A DNA stretch of 64,000 bases from Acidimicrobiia bacterium (GTDB lineage: Bacteria > Actinomycetota > Acidimicrobiia > Spongiisociales > ZC4RG35). The DNA is taken from the NCBI GenBank assembly GCA_965215185.1, contig OZ244034.1:1216001-1280000 (forward strand), given 5' to 3'. Shown piece by piece: positions 43,557 through 53,297 of the stretch. Made by a program: the position numbers and the translations under genes. Numbering within the stretch: the first letter of the stretch is position 1; each line of letters begins with the position of its first letter. The notes under the pieces were generated by a model that saw nothing but the letters and a program-made list of their open reading frames with translations, ran no database searches and was not told the origin of the DNA.

Positions 43557-45848
43557 ATGGCCTGTTTACTGAAGGGGGGTCGAATAGTGAATGGGGTAAA
43601 GAGTTTGCCTCCTGACAGGTGGCGGATCGCCCATTCTCGGATGGGCTGGTTGCTGATCATGGCGGCCGGTGCGGTAGTCGTGGCCGTTGGAACGCCATCT
43701 CCGGTCACCGCCACCGCTGACGGATTCAGCGACATCGAGGAAGCGGGATCACATCGCCAAGCAGTGGAGAGGCTGGCGGAGGAAGGCGTTTTTGAGGGAA
43801 CCGAATGCTCTTCCGGCAAGTTCTGTCCGACTGAACCGATCGAGCGCTGGGTGATGGCTGTCTGGCTGGTGCGGATCCTGGACGATGCCGCACCCCCGGC
43901 CGTGGAATCGAGCAGGTTCTCCGACGTGGAACCCACCCAATGGTGGTCGCCCTACGTGGAACGGCTCGCCGATTTGGGAATAACCCGAGGATGCGCAACC
44001 CAACCGGACAGATTCTGCCCCACCGAGCCGGTTACCCGCGCCCAGGTGGCATCGTTTCTGGTGCGAGCCTTCCAACTACCGGCAGGACTGTCGGGACAAT
44101 TCGCCGACACCGCCGCCAGCACCTACGAGGCCGACATAAATGGGCTGGTGACCGCGGGGATAACTGTGGGCTGCGCAACCCAACCTGACAGATTCTGCCC
44201 AACGGCCAACACCACCCGCGCGCAAATGGCCACTTTCCTCACCCGCGCCCTCGACCGCCGGCACCCTCCGCAAGAGGAGGGCGATTTCATCTCGATCGCA
44301 GCCGGCGACTTTCATGCTTGCGGGCTACACGCCGACCGAACCGTCACCTGCTGGGGTAACGACTTCAACCACCAGGCGGAACCGCCGCCCGGTGAGTTCA
44401 CCTCGATCGCCACCGGAGGCTATCACTCGTGCGGTCTCCGGACCGACCAAACCGTGTCCTGCTGGGGATGGTATTACTACGGTCAGACTGAAGCTCCGAC
44501 CGGCAAGTTCACCGAACTGGCCGCCGGTCACAACTTCTCGTGCGGAATCGCGGCCGACCGGACCATCATCTGTTGGGGAGACAACACCCACGGTCAGATA
44601 GACCCGCCCGACGGGGAGTTCAACGCCATCGCAACCGGCACCACCCACGCATGCGGCATCCGCACCGACCGCACCATCGCCTGCTGGGGCAACAACACTT
44701 ACGGTCAGGCCATCTCACCCATCGGAGAGTTCATCGTGGTAGCAACAGGAGGGGCCCACAACTGCGGCATCCGCGATGACCGCACTCTCGCCTGCTGGGG
44801 AAACACCCGGGATGGACGAGCGGACCCGCCGGAGGGAGAATTCACCTCAATCGCCGCCGGTATCGACCATTCCTGCGCCATTCACACCGACGGGACCGCC
44901 ACCTGCTGGGGCAACAACGACGAAGGACAGGCCGCCCCGCCGGAGGAGACGTTCACCGCCATCACTGCCGGCTGGGATTACACCTGCGCACTGGGCGCCG
45001 ACCGCACCGTCACCTGCTGGGGCCAAAACGTATCCGCGGGAGGCATTCCCCCAAAAGGTCAGTTCACGAGCGTAAACGCCGGATCGTTTTACACCTGCGC
45101 TCTGGCCCGCGACGGCACCATCGTCTGCTGGGGGCACCCGGCGGGCGAATACGTGCCGCAAGGAAAGTTCGACGCCATCGCAACCGGAGGGCGGCACACT
45201 TGCGCACTGCGGAACGATCGCACCGTCACCTGCTGGGGATCGGACGAACACGGACAAGCCGACCCACCACAAGAGCCCTTCACTGCCCTGGCTGCCGGCT
45301 CCAGCCATACATGCGGACTACGCGCCGATCACACCATCACCTGCTGGGGTACCAATCAGAGCGGCCAGTCGGACGCTCCAGACGGACAATTCATCTCCAT
45401 GACCGCCGGTTGGCTCTTTTCTTGCGCCATTGGCAACGATCTCACCATCACCTGCTGGGGCCTGAACCGGGTCGGTCTGACCGACCCACCGCCCGGAGTA
45501 TTCCTCTCCATCTCCGCCGGGGAGCAGCACGCTTGCGGATTGCAGGCAGAGAGCGTGGTCTGCTGGGGCGACGACAGGTTCGGAGAGGCCAGCCCTCCCG
45601 ACGGGCAGTTCATCTCGGTCACCGCCGGAGGGAATCACTCGTGTGGATTGCGGGGCGACAGCACCCTGGAATGCTGGGGTCTCAACGACGTCGGCCAGGC
45701 CAGCCCGCCAGCCGGAAAGTTCATCTCGGTGACCACCGGATGGCAGCACTCTTGCGGAGTGCGTACTGACCTCACCATCCACTGCTGGGGTCATGCGCTG
45801 ATCATTCCCCCACCCGACGCCGTGCGATACGAGCCGTTGCGACATTAG
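43557..45848 (+). CDS. secreted SLH-domain protein with ~14 RCC1/BLIP-II-like repeats
   Basis: FSD..FCP..TRAQ SLH modules; repeated AGxxHxCGL..CWGxNxxGQ..PP units; start uncertain. Confidence 0.9.
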   Translation: MACLLKGGRIVNGVKSLPPDRWRIAHSRMGWLLIMAAGAVVVAVGTPSPVTATADGFSDIEEAGSHRQAVERLAEEGVFEGTECSSGKFCPTEPIERWVMAVWLVRILDDAAPPAVESSRFSDVEPTQWWSPYVERLADLGITRGCATQPDRFCPTEPVTRAQVASFLVRAFQLPAGLSGQFADTAASTYEADINGLVTAGITVGCATQPDRFCPTANTTRAQMATFLTRALDRRHPPQEEGDFISIAAGDFHACGLHADRTVTCWGNDFNHQAEPPPGEFTSIATGGYHSCGLRTDQTVSCWGWYYYGQTEAPTGKFTELAAGHNFSCGIAADRTIICWGDNTHGQIDPPDGEFNAIATGTTHACGIRTDRTIACWGNNTYGQAISPIGEFIVVATGGAHNCGIRDDRTLACWGNTRDGRADPPEGEFTSIAAGIDHSCAIHTDGTATCWGNNDEGQAAPPEETFTAITAGWDYTCALGADRTVTCWGQNVSAGGIPPKGQFTSVNAGSFYTCALARDGTIVCWGHPAGEYVPQGKFDAIATGGRHTCALRNDRTVTCWGSDEHGQADPPQEPFTALAAGSSHTCGLRADHTITCWGTNQSGQSDAPDGQFISMTAGWLFSCAIGNDLTITCWGLNRVGLTDPPPGVFLSISAGEQHACGLQAESVVCWGDDRFGEASPPDGQFISVTAGGNHSCGLRGDSTLECWGLNDVGQASPPAGKFISVTTGWQHSCGVRTDLTIHCWGHALIIPPPDAVRYEPLRH

Positions 45849-45870
45849 CTCCAAGACGAGGGGGGTGTTT

Positions 45871-46986
45871 CTATCTTTTTGTCAAGTGGGTTTGGGGTGT
45901 TTTTTGGTGGCGGGTGGGGTTGTAGGGGGTTTTGGTTTTGAGCATGGCGAGGATTAGGTCGCAGCGGCGGCGGGCGACGCATATGACGGTGGCGTTGTGG
46001 TGTTTGCCTTCGGTTCGTTTGCGTTGGTAGTAGGTCTTGGCGGTGGGGTCGTGCTGTGAAGCGACGAACGCGGCGAGGCGTGCTCCGTTTAGGAAGCGGT
46101 GGGGGCTTCCTATCTCGGCGAGGGTACGGGCGCCGGTTCGCGGTCCGAACCCCGATAGGGTGTTCAGAATTTGGCCTAGGGGATGTTGCAGGTATACGTG
46201 TTCGATTGTGGTTGCCAGTTCGCGGCGTTGGGATTGGATTTGTTCCAGGTCGCCGAGCAGGTCGGCGATGACTTGTCCCCAGGCGCTTTCGGCGGGTAGG
46301 GTCACGGTTTGGGTGTTGACTGCTGTGAGTATTTGGGTGGTGAGTTTGGTGGCCAGTCGTGGGGAGCGTTTGTTGATGGCGTTGCGGATTTTGGTCTGTC
46401 CGGCGGTTTTCAGGGCGGTGGGTGTGGGCCATTTGGTTAGGGCGTCTCGTATGCCGGGTTGGGTGAGTCGGTGGCCGATTGTTCTTTCCAGGGCAGGTGA
46501 GACGGCTAATAGGGCATCTCGGCAACGGTTTATGGCCCGGTTGGCGTCTCCGGCTAGGTCTGCGTCTCGACCGTTCAATACCCGCAGGTGGAGCAGTAGT
46601 TCGTCGTTTGCTTCTATCCAGGTGAGACGGTCCGAATTGCGGCGGGCGTAGTCGGCCAGTACCCACGCGTCGCGGGGGTCGGTTTTGGCGGCGCCGGCGT
46701 ACAAGTCAGCCGCGCGGCGCATCACCAGACCACTGACATAGGCCACCGGAACCCTCTGCTGGGCCATAACCCCCAACAACAGCTGGGCGCCTGATGAGGT
46801 CATGTCGACTACTATCGCCACCCGACCATGAGCGGATGCCTGGTTGAGCATCGCCTCGATAGCGGCCTGGTCGTTGCTGACCGGCCGGGCGAACAACTCC
46901 ACACCTTGGGTGGTGATCGCCTGGGCGTAATGCTCGCCCTTGGCCATGTCCACCCCAACAAACACCTCGATCTCAGATTTGCTCAT
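45871..46986 (-). pseudogene. IS110 recombinase with in-frame deletion in Tnp (Transposase_20) domain
   Basis: VGVDMAK, KTDPRDA, GPRTG present; RLAAF joins directly to VASQHDP, the GLxP..SG..GN segment is missing. Confidence 0.8.
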
Positions 46987-47029
46987 TCGGGAAACCGCCT
47001 TTCGATAAGACTCAAACCATCAAGATCGC

Positions 47030-47200
47030 CCCCCGGGCGCGGTTGCCGTCAACCACCTTACGAACCAGCCATCAAACTGTGTGCGTGTTTCTATTAGAGG
47101 TCAACAGCGCCCTGACACGGCGGGTGGCAACACCCCCCAGGCCATCTAGGTGACAGGGGGTAAAAGCCCTACCCGCCGTGGCGGGCGATCAGCCCCAAGC
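47030..47200 (-). ncRNA. IS110 bridge RNA candidate
   Basis: Hairpin loops carrying sequences that match the element ends (GTGTTTCTAT, CACCTTAC) and the flanks (ACCCCC, G6); boundaries approximate. Confidence 0.7.
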
Positions 47201-47299
47201 ATCACACAAAGGGCCTACCAAACAAGGTAAGGGGGTGGCTCTCATGCATACCGACCAGCCCCCAATCCGGTTCCTGGAGACAGTTTGCAAGGTTTCCCG

Positions 47300-47386
47300 A
47301 ATTGTGGTGTCACCCCTCTCAAAATTGTGGTGTCCTCCCGAGACCCCCTATTAACCCGCAGGTCAGGGGTGGTCGCCAACTGCCCA
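47300..47386. repeat. IS-end-like module: 2x AAYTGTGGTGTCMYCC plus CCCCC..TTAA..CAGGTCAG..GCMAAC
   Basis: Recurs at 50042-50126; the second half recurs at ~47748-47786. Confidence 0.75.
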
Positions 47387-47392
47387 CCCATA

Positions 47393-47786
47393 GGACCTTG
47401 CGACTTATTTTAAATTGCCTTGCCATTTAGTTGCTGACAGGCCGGTTTTTCGGGTTTTGCCTTGGTTTTGGGGGGTTTTGCCCGTTTCGGGTGGTGTTGT
47501 GGTCTAGTTGAGGGCCATCTGGCGGGGGTCGGTTAGGTGTTTTTGGTTTTTCGGGCGGGCTGAAGCCGACAGTTGGTTTGTTGCTGTCGATGCTGAGTCT
47601 CCCGGGGTGTGGGCGACTAGACCCCGAATACGAAGTGAACACTGTTCAAGCCGTCCGCAAAATAGCCAAAACCGCTGACGACAACTAACCCAGAAGCCGG
47701 GTGATTGTTCGGTGTCCCAGGGTCGGACTGCGAAACCTTCGGCCAAACCCCCATTTAAGCTCCAGGTCAGGGTATGGCAAACACCC
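47393..47786. mobile_element. ~394 bp non-autonomous (MITE-like) derivative of the 38 kb IS
   Basis: Begins with a near-copy of 37936-38155, ends in CAGGTCAG..GGCAAACACCC module, flanked by TA on both sides. Confidence 0.6.
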
Positions 47787-47796
47787 TACGCTCCAG

Positions 47797-48210
47797 CTAA
47801 GGGAGCTTTTTCGGAATGGGTTTGTACAAAGCGTGGAACACTAAACATCGCGGTACTTCTAGGCTAAGGGCATCGCAAACGCTCATCCACGGGTCGCTCA
47901 GGTCCTGCCGCAAAACTATCTCCAGTTTCGTGTCACTGCTGACCGGCATGGCAGCCACCGTGGAGAGCGTGCGGTAACTGTAATCGGCGGGGTGTGACAT
48001 ATTTGGTCCCAAGTCACTCAAAGCCTGCAACGGCGCATCTATCAAAGCAAGTATTGCTTCCTTTGTAACGCCCCATTTGTCAGCCGTGTCATCAAAATCC
48101 AATCGCACATCATCAAGATCTGGCCAGTACACTTCCCCTCTGTCGGTAACAACATTCAGTATGGGGTCGGGTGGTCGCTTATAGAGACCCCAAAAGTAGT
48201 AACAAGGCAT
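47797..48210 (-). CDS. hypothetical protein, weak BrnT/RelE-toxin-like pattern
   Basis: TADKWGVTKEAILA..LEIVL..LVFHAL. Confidence 0.45.
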   Translation of the reverse strand: MPCYYFWGLYKRPPDPILNVVTDRGEVYWPDLDDVRLDFDDTADKWGVTKEAILALIDAPLQALSDLGPNMSHPADYSYRTLSTVAAMPVSSDTKLEIVLRQDLSDPWMSVCDALSLEVPRCLVFHALYKPIPKKLP

Positions 48211-48252
48211 ACCCGCGTCGGGTCATAACGGCCCTTCCGAACAGCCAGTACG

Positions 48253-48606
48253 CTATTGTGGTTGCAGAATCGGAATGTCGTCGGGTACCTGCTCAGGCGG
48301 CCAGTAAGGAAGGCGGTCCAACAAATAACCACGGTACAGGCGCAACACGAAGTCTCGCTTATCTTCGGGAAATCCGCATCTTTCCATGATGTCATCAAGC
48401 GTAGCTGTGAACAGGTCGATCCCCACTGATTCACCCGTCACTTTATGAGGTATACACACCCAAGGATCGGGTGGGTTTTTCGCTACGATATCTCTGTAGT
48501 AGTCAAAGTCCGGACCATACGCCTGCCTGTCGTTCTCAGCGACCGCACGAAAAAGATCCTCTACCACCTCATCGCTCACAGGCTGAGCTTGCCGCTTCAA
48601 GACCAT
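48253..48606 (-). CDS. hypothetical acidic protein
   Basis: Protein-like from MVLKRQ; co-oriented with 47797-48210. Confidence 0.5.
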   Translation of the reverse strand: MVLKRQAQPVSDEVVEDLFRAVAENDRQAYGPDFDYYRDIVAKNPPDPWVCIPHKVTGESVGIDLFTATLDDIMERCGFPEDKRDFVLRLYRGYLLDRLPYWPPEQVPDDIPILQPQ

Positions 48607-49304
48607 AGCCCTTGCAGTATACGTCGCTTTAGCGGATCGAGGCGCTGCGTTTGGAGAGAGCAACCACCGGCGAATGACCCCAGGGCAGAGTTTGCGCCAC
48701 AGAGCCAGTTTCGTTCCCGCCTTGCTGGTGAGCGACCGTCGGCGACTGCGCCAAACGGACAAGAGGCCCGAAGTTCGGGTGGCCTGTCGGTCTGGAGGCC
48801 AGTTGCCCACCACCCGCAGAGGCACCCAAAGGCGTAGACAACCGGGCGATTGAAGCTAGATCTTTTGAGGTTGTGAAGCACAGGCAGTGCCAACGCTCCG
48901 ACGGTAGGAACAGCGCTACAGGGCGTTTGCTGCTGCTCGGTTGCCCGTGAGTGGTGACGCTTGCCGGGCAACGCTTAGCTTCTACAACGCCGGGCACACT
49001 GCGAAGGGGAAGGGATCTCTATATTGTTATGTCTATGTGTACCTGGTGTGCAAACGAGAAGATTGAGTGACACCGTAGAGCGCCGACCACTAAGCGACAA
49101 CGTTCAACGCAGTTTGGCAGCCGAAGCCGCTCTAATAGACGAGGAGGGATCTTTAGGCACTTAGGACACCTCCTATCCGGTTCCACATCAGCGCGACATA
49201 GACAGGCTGGTTGTGTTTGACCTGTCCACGGTCACTATTGATGACATCATCACCTAGTGCGGATACACCGAGAGCCAGAGTGCCTAACTCACCGGAATCC
49301 ACCG

Positions 49305-49745
49305 TTAGGAGAGGATTCGCAGGTTTCCTCGGCGATCGCGTTCGGCCACGGCCACGCCGTGCAGACGGTTGGGAGTGTTGTGTGGTTTGGCTAGGCAAAC
49401 GACCTGGGTGGGGCCAATCCTGGCTTGGTGGTCGTAGTGCATGTGGCCACAGGCGTGGATACGGGGCCGCAGCTTCAGGGCGAGTTGCCGAAGAGACGGA
49501 TCCCCCACCGGTATGCCTGCCTGGTTGGTGCCCACATCCGACGGCCAATCGTGAGTCAGTAACACGTCGACCCTTCCGTGGTAACGGCGAGCGGCACGGG
49601 TGAGTTGTTCCAACTCAGACCGGTGCCAGTAGGTCCGTTGCTTGGCGTCGTTGCGTTTCGGTTCCGGGGTGTCGCTGTAATTCGGCGAGTAGATACCCGA
49701 CAAGAACCCGACATTTACTTTCCGGACTTTGGTGATACCCGGCCT
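49305..49745 (-). pseudogene. metallophosphoesterase C-terminal fragment (Dbr1/Cwf19-like)
   Basis: GFLSGIY, VDVLLTHDWP, LRPRIHACGHMH; N-terminal DxH/GD/GNH motifs absent. Confidence 0.7.
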
Positions 49746-50041
49746 TTTCGGACGATGGACCTACTCCCACCAAGAGGGCGCTACAAAGATGGGTCTTGGT
49801 CTTAAGTGGACTCATGGTGTGGCTATTGGGTTCGTTGCTGCTTTTGAGATGGTGGTTCGGCCCTGCTGGCGAAGAAATCCAAGCAGCCCTATTGGACTGG
49901 GTGCGGCAGTTGCTGAGTGGATAGGAGTTTCCCCGCAGCCCAGACCTCCACGTTCCTACCAGCCCCCGCTGCGGTTCCATCTTTAGGTGGGGACAAACTG
50001 GCCACCCCAAGCCCGATCCCTCCCTTTACGGGAGCTCACGC

Positions 50042-50171
50042 AACTGTGGTGTCCTCCCCTTATAACTGTGGTGTCCTCCCCGAACCCCCTCTTAATCCCC
50101 AGGTCAGAAGTGGTGGCAAACATCCCGCTATGGGTTGTCAGCCCGTTCCGTGAAGAGGCGCTGGGTGGTGT
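50042..50171. repeat. IS-end module plus 40 bp of the 38 kb transposase 3' region
   Basis: GGTTGTC.GCCCGTT.CGTGAAGAGGCGCTGGGTGGTGT matches ~38174-38212. Confidence 0.7.
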
Positions 50172-50310
50172 CAAATTTGGCTTGTCACCCGTCACCTTCC
50201 AGTATTCTGACAGCATACCAAAACACGAAATCAACAAGATCAAGAAACAAGTCATGAAACACGAAGCGTTTTTCTTGGAAAAATGGCAGGAGTTTTTCGG
50301 TGATTTCTGA
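50172..50310 (+). pseudogene. DUF4160 C-terminal remnant
   Basis: KFGLSPV..HEINKI..FLEKWQEFF; 5' part replaced by IS debris. Confidence 0.7.
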
Positions 50311-50641
50311 CCAGCGTCCCGCTGCTGACCGGTTAGACATCACCGACGAGACGATCAGAGCGTGGCTGCGTGACGGGAGAACCGTCACGGTTCCCCTGGC
50401 TTGGTATCCCCGCTTGTGCCACGGCACTCCATCAGAGCGAAACAACTGGGAACTGGTCGGAAACGGCACGATCGTCCGGTGGCCCGACCTTGACGAAGAC
50501 ATCAGCATCGGCGGGTTGATAACCGGCCCAAGCCGCGAAAGGTCAATCACGTTGGGCCGGTGGCTTTTAGCGCGTCAATCAAACCGCAGCGTCCAAGGCT
50601 ACGAAATAGACAAACACGAACAGGCTAGAAGGGCGACATGA
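50300..50641 (+). CDS. DUF2442 family protein (partner of DUF4160)
   Basis: LRDGRTVTVPLAWYPRL, WPDLDEDISI. Confidence 0.88.
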   Translation: MISDQRPAADRLDITDETIRAWLRDGRTVTVPLAWYPRLCHGTPSERNNWELVGNGTIVRWPDLDEDISIGGLITGPSRERSITLGRWLLARQSNRSVQGYEIDKHEQARRAT

Positions 50642-51093
50642 CCGCCGCCTCTTACCAGGCCCGCCGACCAAACCATCTGCTGGACGTAGACATGCGCCGA
50701 GGAACGGGACTCCCCGAAGACCCGCCCGATGCGTGCCACTTCTATGGGGTCTAACCATATCTTGACTGGGCAGGAGGTTGGCAGGAACCGACTCCATCCC
50801 CCAGAAGAAGAGGGAGAACGATTCCCCCTCTTTTCAGGCTAGGGGGAATCACTTGGGTAGAGAGTTCTAGGTCGGCGTGGTCGAATGGGTTACGCCGATG
50901 TCTCCCACAAACAACTTCGGAGTGATCGCTTTCTCCGTGCACATCCTCAACGATATTTTCCTCATAACGCCCCAGGACCCTGGATCTTGGGGCAACTCTG
51001 ACCAACACCCCGACACCTCGATTTTACGAACCCCCCTCGGATGCTGAACTGATCCCGCCCTGCCAGTACGACTGCGACACTTTTGGCCTGAAC

Positions 51094-51441
51094 ATGACCG
51101 TGGCGGCTATTGACATTGATGGCCGTCCGACAAGAACGGGATGGTCTTTTTGGATGCATATCGTCCCCTTTCCAGAACCGGAAGATATGTCCAATGTGGA
51201 TATAGTGGTCCGTCACGAAGGGCAGGGCGAGGCATACTTCCCGTCGGGCGATGCATGGGAGTATGCATCACAGAACAGTGGGTATATCGGCGTGGATGTG
51301 CGAATGCCCACCCTCGAGAAGCCCCTCTATATAAGTGCCTCCCTACCTAACGGAAAGCGCCTGCATTGGAAGACGGTTGCGCCGTTGCGGAACCGTCTAT
51401 TCGCCAATGACGACTGGGGGTGGGAGTCCAGCGACCCGTAG
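51094..51441 (+). CDS. hypothetical protein (possibly 3' part of a frameshifted gene)
   Basis: Open frame continues ~40 codons upstream without a start. Confidence 0.4.
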   Translation: MTVAAIDIDGRPTRTGWSFWMHIVPFPEPEDMSNVDIVVRHEGQGEAYFPSGDAWEYASQNSGYIGVDVRMPTLEKPLYISASLPNGKRLHWKTVAPLRNRLFANDDWGWESSDP

Positions 51442-51650
51442 TGGGCGGAATACCAAGCTCTTGGCGTGGCTGACACCATCTGCTGGGCTCATTGGACGGG
51501 CAAGCGGGATCCCCGCAACCTGCCCTGTATCCCTACCCGCTGTCTCTCGATGAGGGCGACCCCGAGGCCGAGATCACGGACGAGATGGTCAAGTGGCTGA
51601 TAGGCAACATATAGCGCAGGGAATACCGGTGCAAAAGTGCGCGGCCACCC

Positions 51651-52457
51651 TTACTCGTCTCCGACAAATACGGTCACCGCGGTGGCGTTGTCCGAGAGCC
51701 CATACATCCGCGCCCTGTCAAGAGCCGATATAGCCACACCCTCGGCGTTGGATGCGTTTCGGCAGGCGTCTCCAAACAAATCCTCGAATTCCAGATCTTC
51801 CAACGGACAGGTCCGTCGTTTGCCAAGTAGTGCCTTCACCCACAGGCCGTCGGAGGCTGCGAGAATGGCGTAGGGTACCGACTGTGCGGTCAAATCCACC
51901 TTCTTGACGGTGAAGTATTCGGTACCCCCGGCACCGAACGCCTCCTTCGGAATTGACGGGCCGAGAAAGGAGGCCAGGCCTCCCCAGACACCCACATGCG
52001 GATGTCCGATATGGGAGGATCGCACTTGGCGGGCGCTGAACCCCGTAATGAGGAATGGGATCGAGTCTCCCGCCCAAGCCGCCAACGTCCCTCTCTCGGG
52101 AGTGTGCGCCACTACGCACAGCGTGGTGGCGGGAGCGTGCCATTCGTTCCGCATCCACCCCGAGGTGTCGTTGTGATACAGGTCGACCACGCGATCACGC
52201 GCTTGGCTAAACGCCTTCGCCATTTCCTCCCGGGAAGCGATTCTCTGGGGGAAATCGCGAACCGCGGCGGCCGAGGCTCTTTCACCACCCTCAGGAATGG
52301 AGAGCCCGTCGGCCACTGCTATCACCCAGGAACCGTCATCAGAGGCCGAGATGAAATGAGAATCCTGCTGGCAGGCCTTCCCGCCTATGTCGGCTATGGT
52401 CGCCACTGAGGTACCCCCAGCGTTGGCGACCTCAGGGTCGTTTCTATTTAGGGCCAT
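51651..52457 (-). CDS. PP2C-family phosphatase
   Basis: QQD, AVADG, TTL, AGDS, ASDGLW, DNAT metal-binding motifs. Confidence 0.85.
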   Translation of the reverse strand: MALNRNDPEVANAGGTSVATIADIGGKACQQDSHFISASDDGSWVIAVADGLSIPEGGERASAAAVRDFPQRIASREEMAKAFSQARDRVVDLYHNDTSGWMRNEWHAPATTLCVVAHTPERGTLAAWAGDSIPFLITGFSARQVRSSHIGHPHVGVWGGLASFLGPSIPKEAFGAGGTEYFTVKKVDLTAQSVPYAILAASDGLWVKALLGKRRTCPLEDLEFEDLFGDACRNASNAEGVAISALDRARMYGLSDNATAVTVFVGDE

Positions 52458-52505
52458 TTCCTTTGGGAAGATAGGAGCATTCCTATAGTAACCAGCGACA
52501 GGCTG

Positions 52506-53222
52506 TTATGAGAGGGGGAGCGAACGACCTGAGAGCGGCGGGCGGGAACGGTGTCTGCCGCTGGGAAGCAACGGGTCATAGACGGGCCTGCCCATAGGAC
52601 GCACCGGCAACACCAGGCGCTCGGCCAATCCCACTGGGAACTGGCACGGGTGAATGGTCTTTTCTGGGTGGTTGCTCTTGACATTCGGGATTATCCACAC
52701 GTCTGAGGGATTCTTCCCCAGGGGATTACTTGACACCTGGCCCTTCTTGGGTCCCTTATAGTGCCTTTTTCCCGGTTCTTTGGACGGGACCCGAATCGGA
52801 TCGAGATGCCAGACGTAATCATCGGTCTTGGACCACCAGTTGATGGTCTCGTATCTCCCGGAAAGTCTCCGTGTGCAATGCAGGCCGTGTTCGTAGTGCC
52901 AGACGATGCGGTTTCGTAGCTGTAGCCCTCGGGACTTGAAGGCATGGTACATAAGTGTGTCGAGAGGGAACACCTCGCCGCGAGAAATATAGTCTCCGAC
53001 TTGCCAGCAGATTGATCCCCGAGATCCGACCACGCGAACACACTCCTCTATCACCCCGGACTGCCACTCGAGGTAGGAGTCGATGTCCATAGGATCCTCG
53101 TATTCCTTCCCAAGGTTATAGGGGGGCGATGTGATAATGAGCTGCACCGAGCCGTCCGGAAGATCCCCCATGAATCGGAGGTTGTCGCAAGCGGCCACCT
53201 TGAAATCCTTCACATCCGTCAT
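52506..53222 (-). pseudogene. beta-class N4/N6 DNA methyltransferase with degenerate or truncated SAM-binding end
   Basis: ITSPPY, LRNRIVW, HPCQFP; motif I reads YDPLLPSG instead of DPFxGSG. Confidence 0.75.
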
Positions 53223-53269
53223 GACAGAGCGAGGGAGCAGGTGTACACCTCAGTGCACTTACCCCCACA

Positions 53270-53297
53270 CCAGTTACTACACGCGCGTAGTAACTGG
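53270..53297. repeat. perfect 11-bp inverted repeat
   Basis: CCAGTTACTAC-acgcgc-GTAGTAACTGG. Confidence 0.85.

Larger units (their letters stand above)
45864..47232 (-). mobile_element. IS110 family element
   Basis: DEDD recombinase plus ~245 bp upstream non-coding end; ends CCTTACC.. and ..ATAGAAACACC within a C-run. Confidence 0.9.

Noticed and set aside
41059-45848. CRISPR array or DGR in the repetitive region
   Set aside because: Repeats are degenerate, in-frame protein repeats; no constant repeat with unique spacers, cas gene, reverse transcriptase or TR/VR pair seen.
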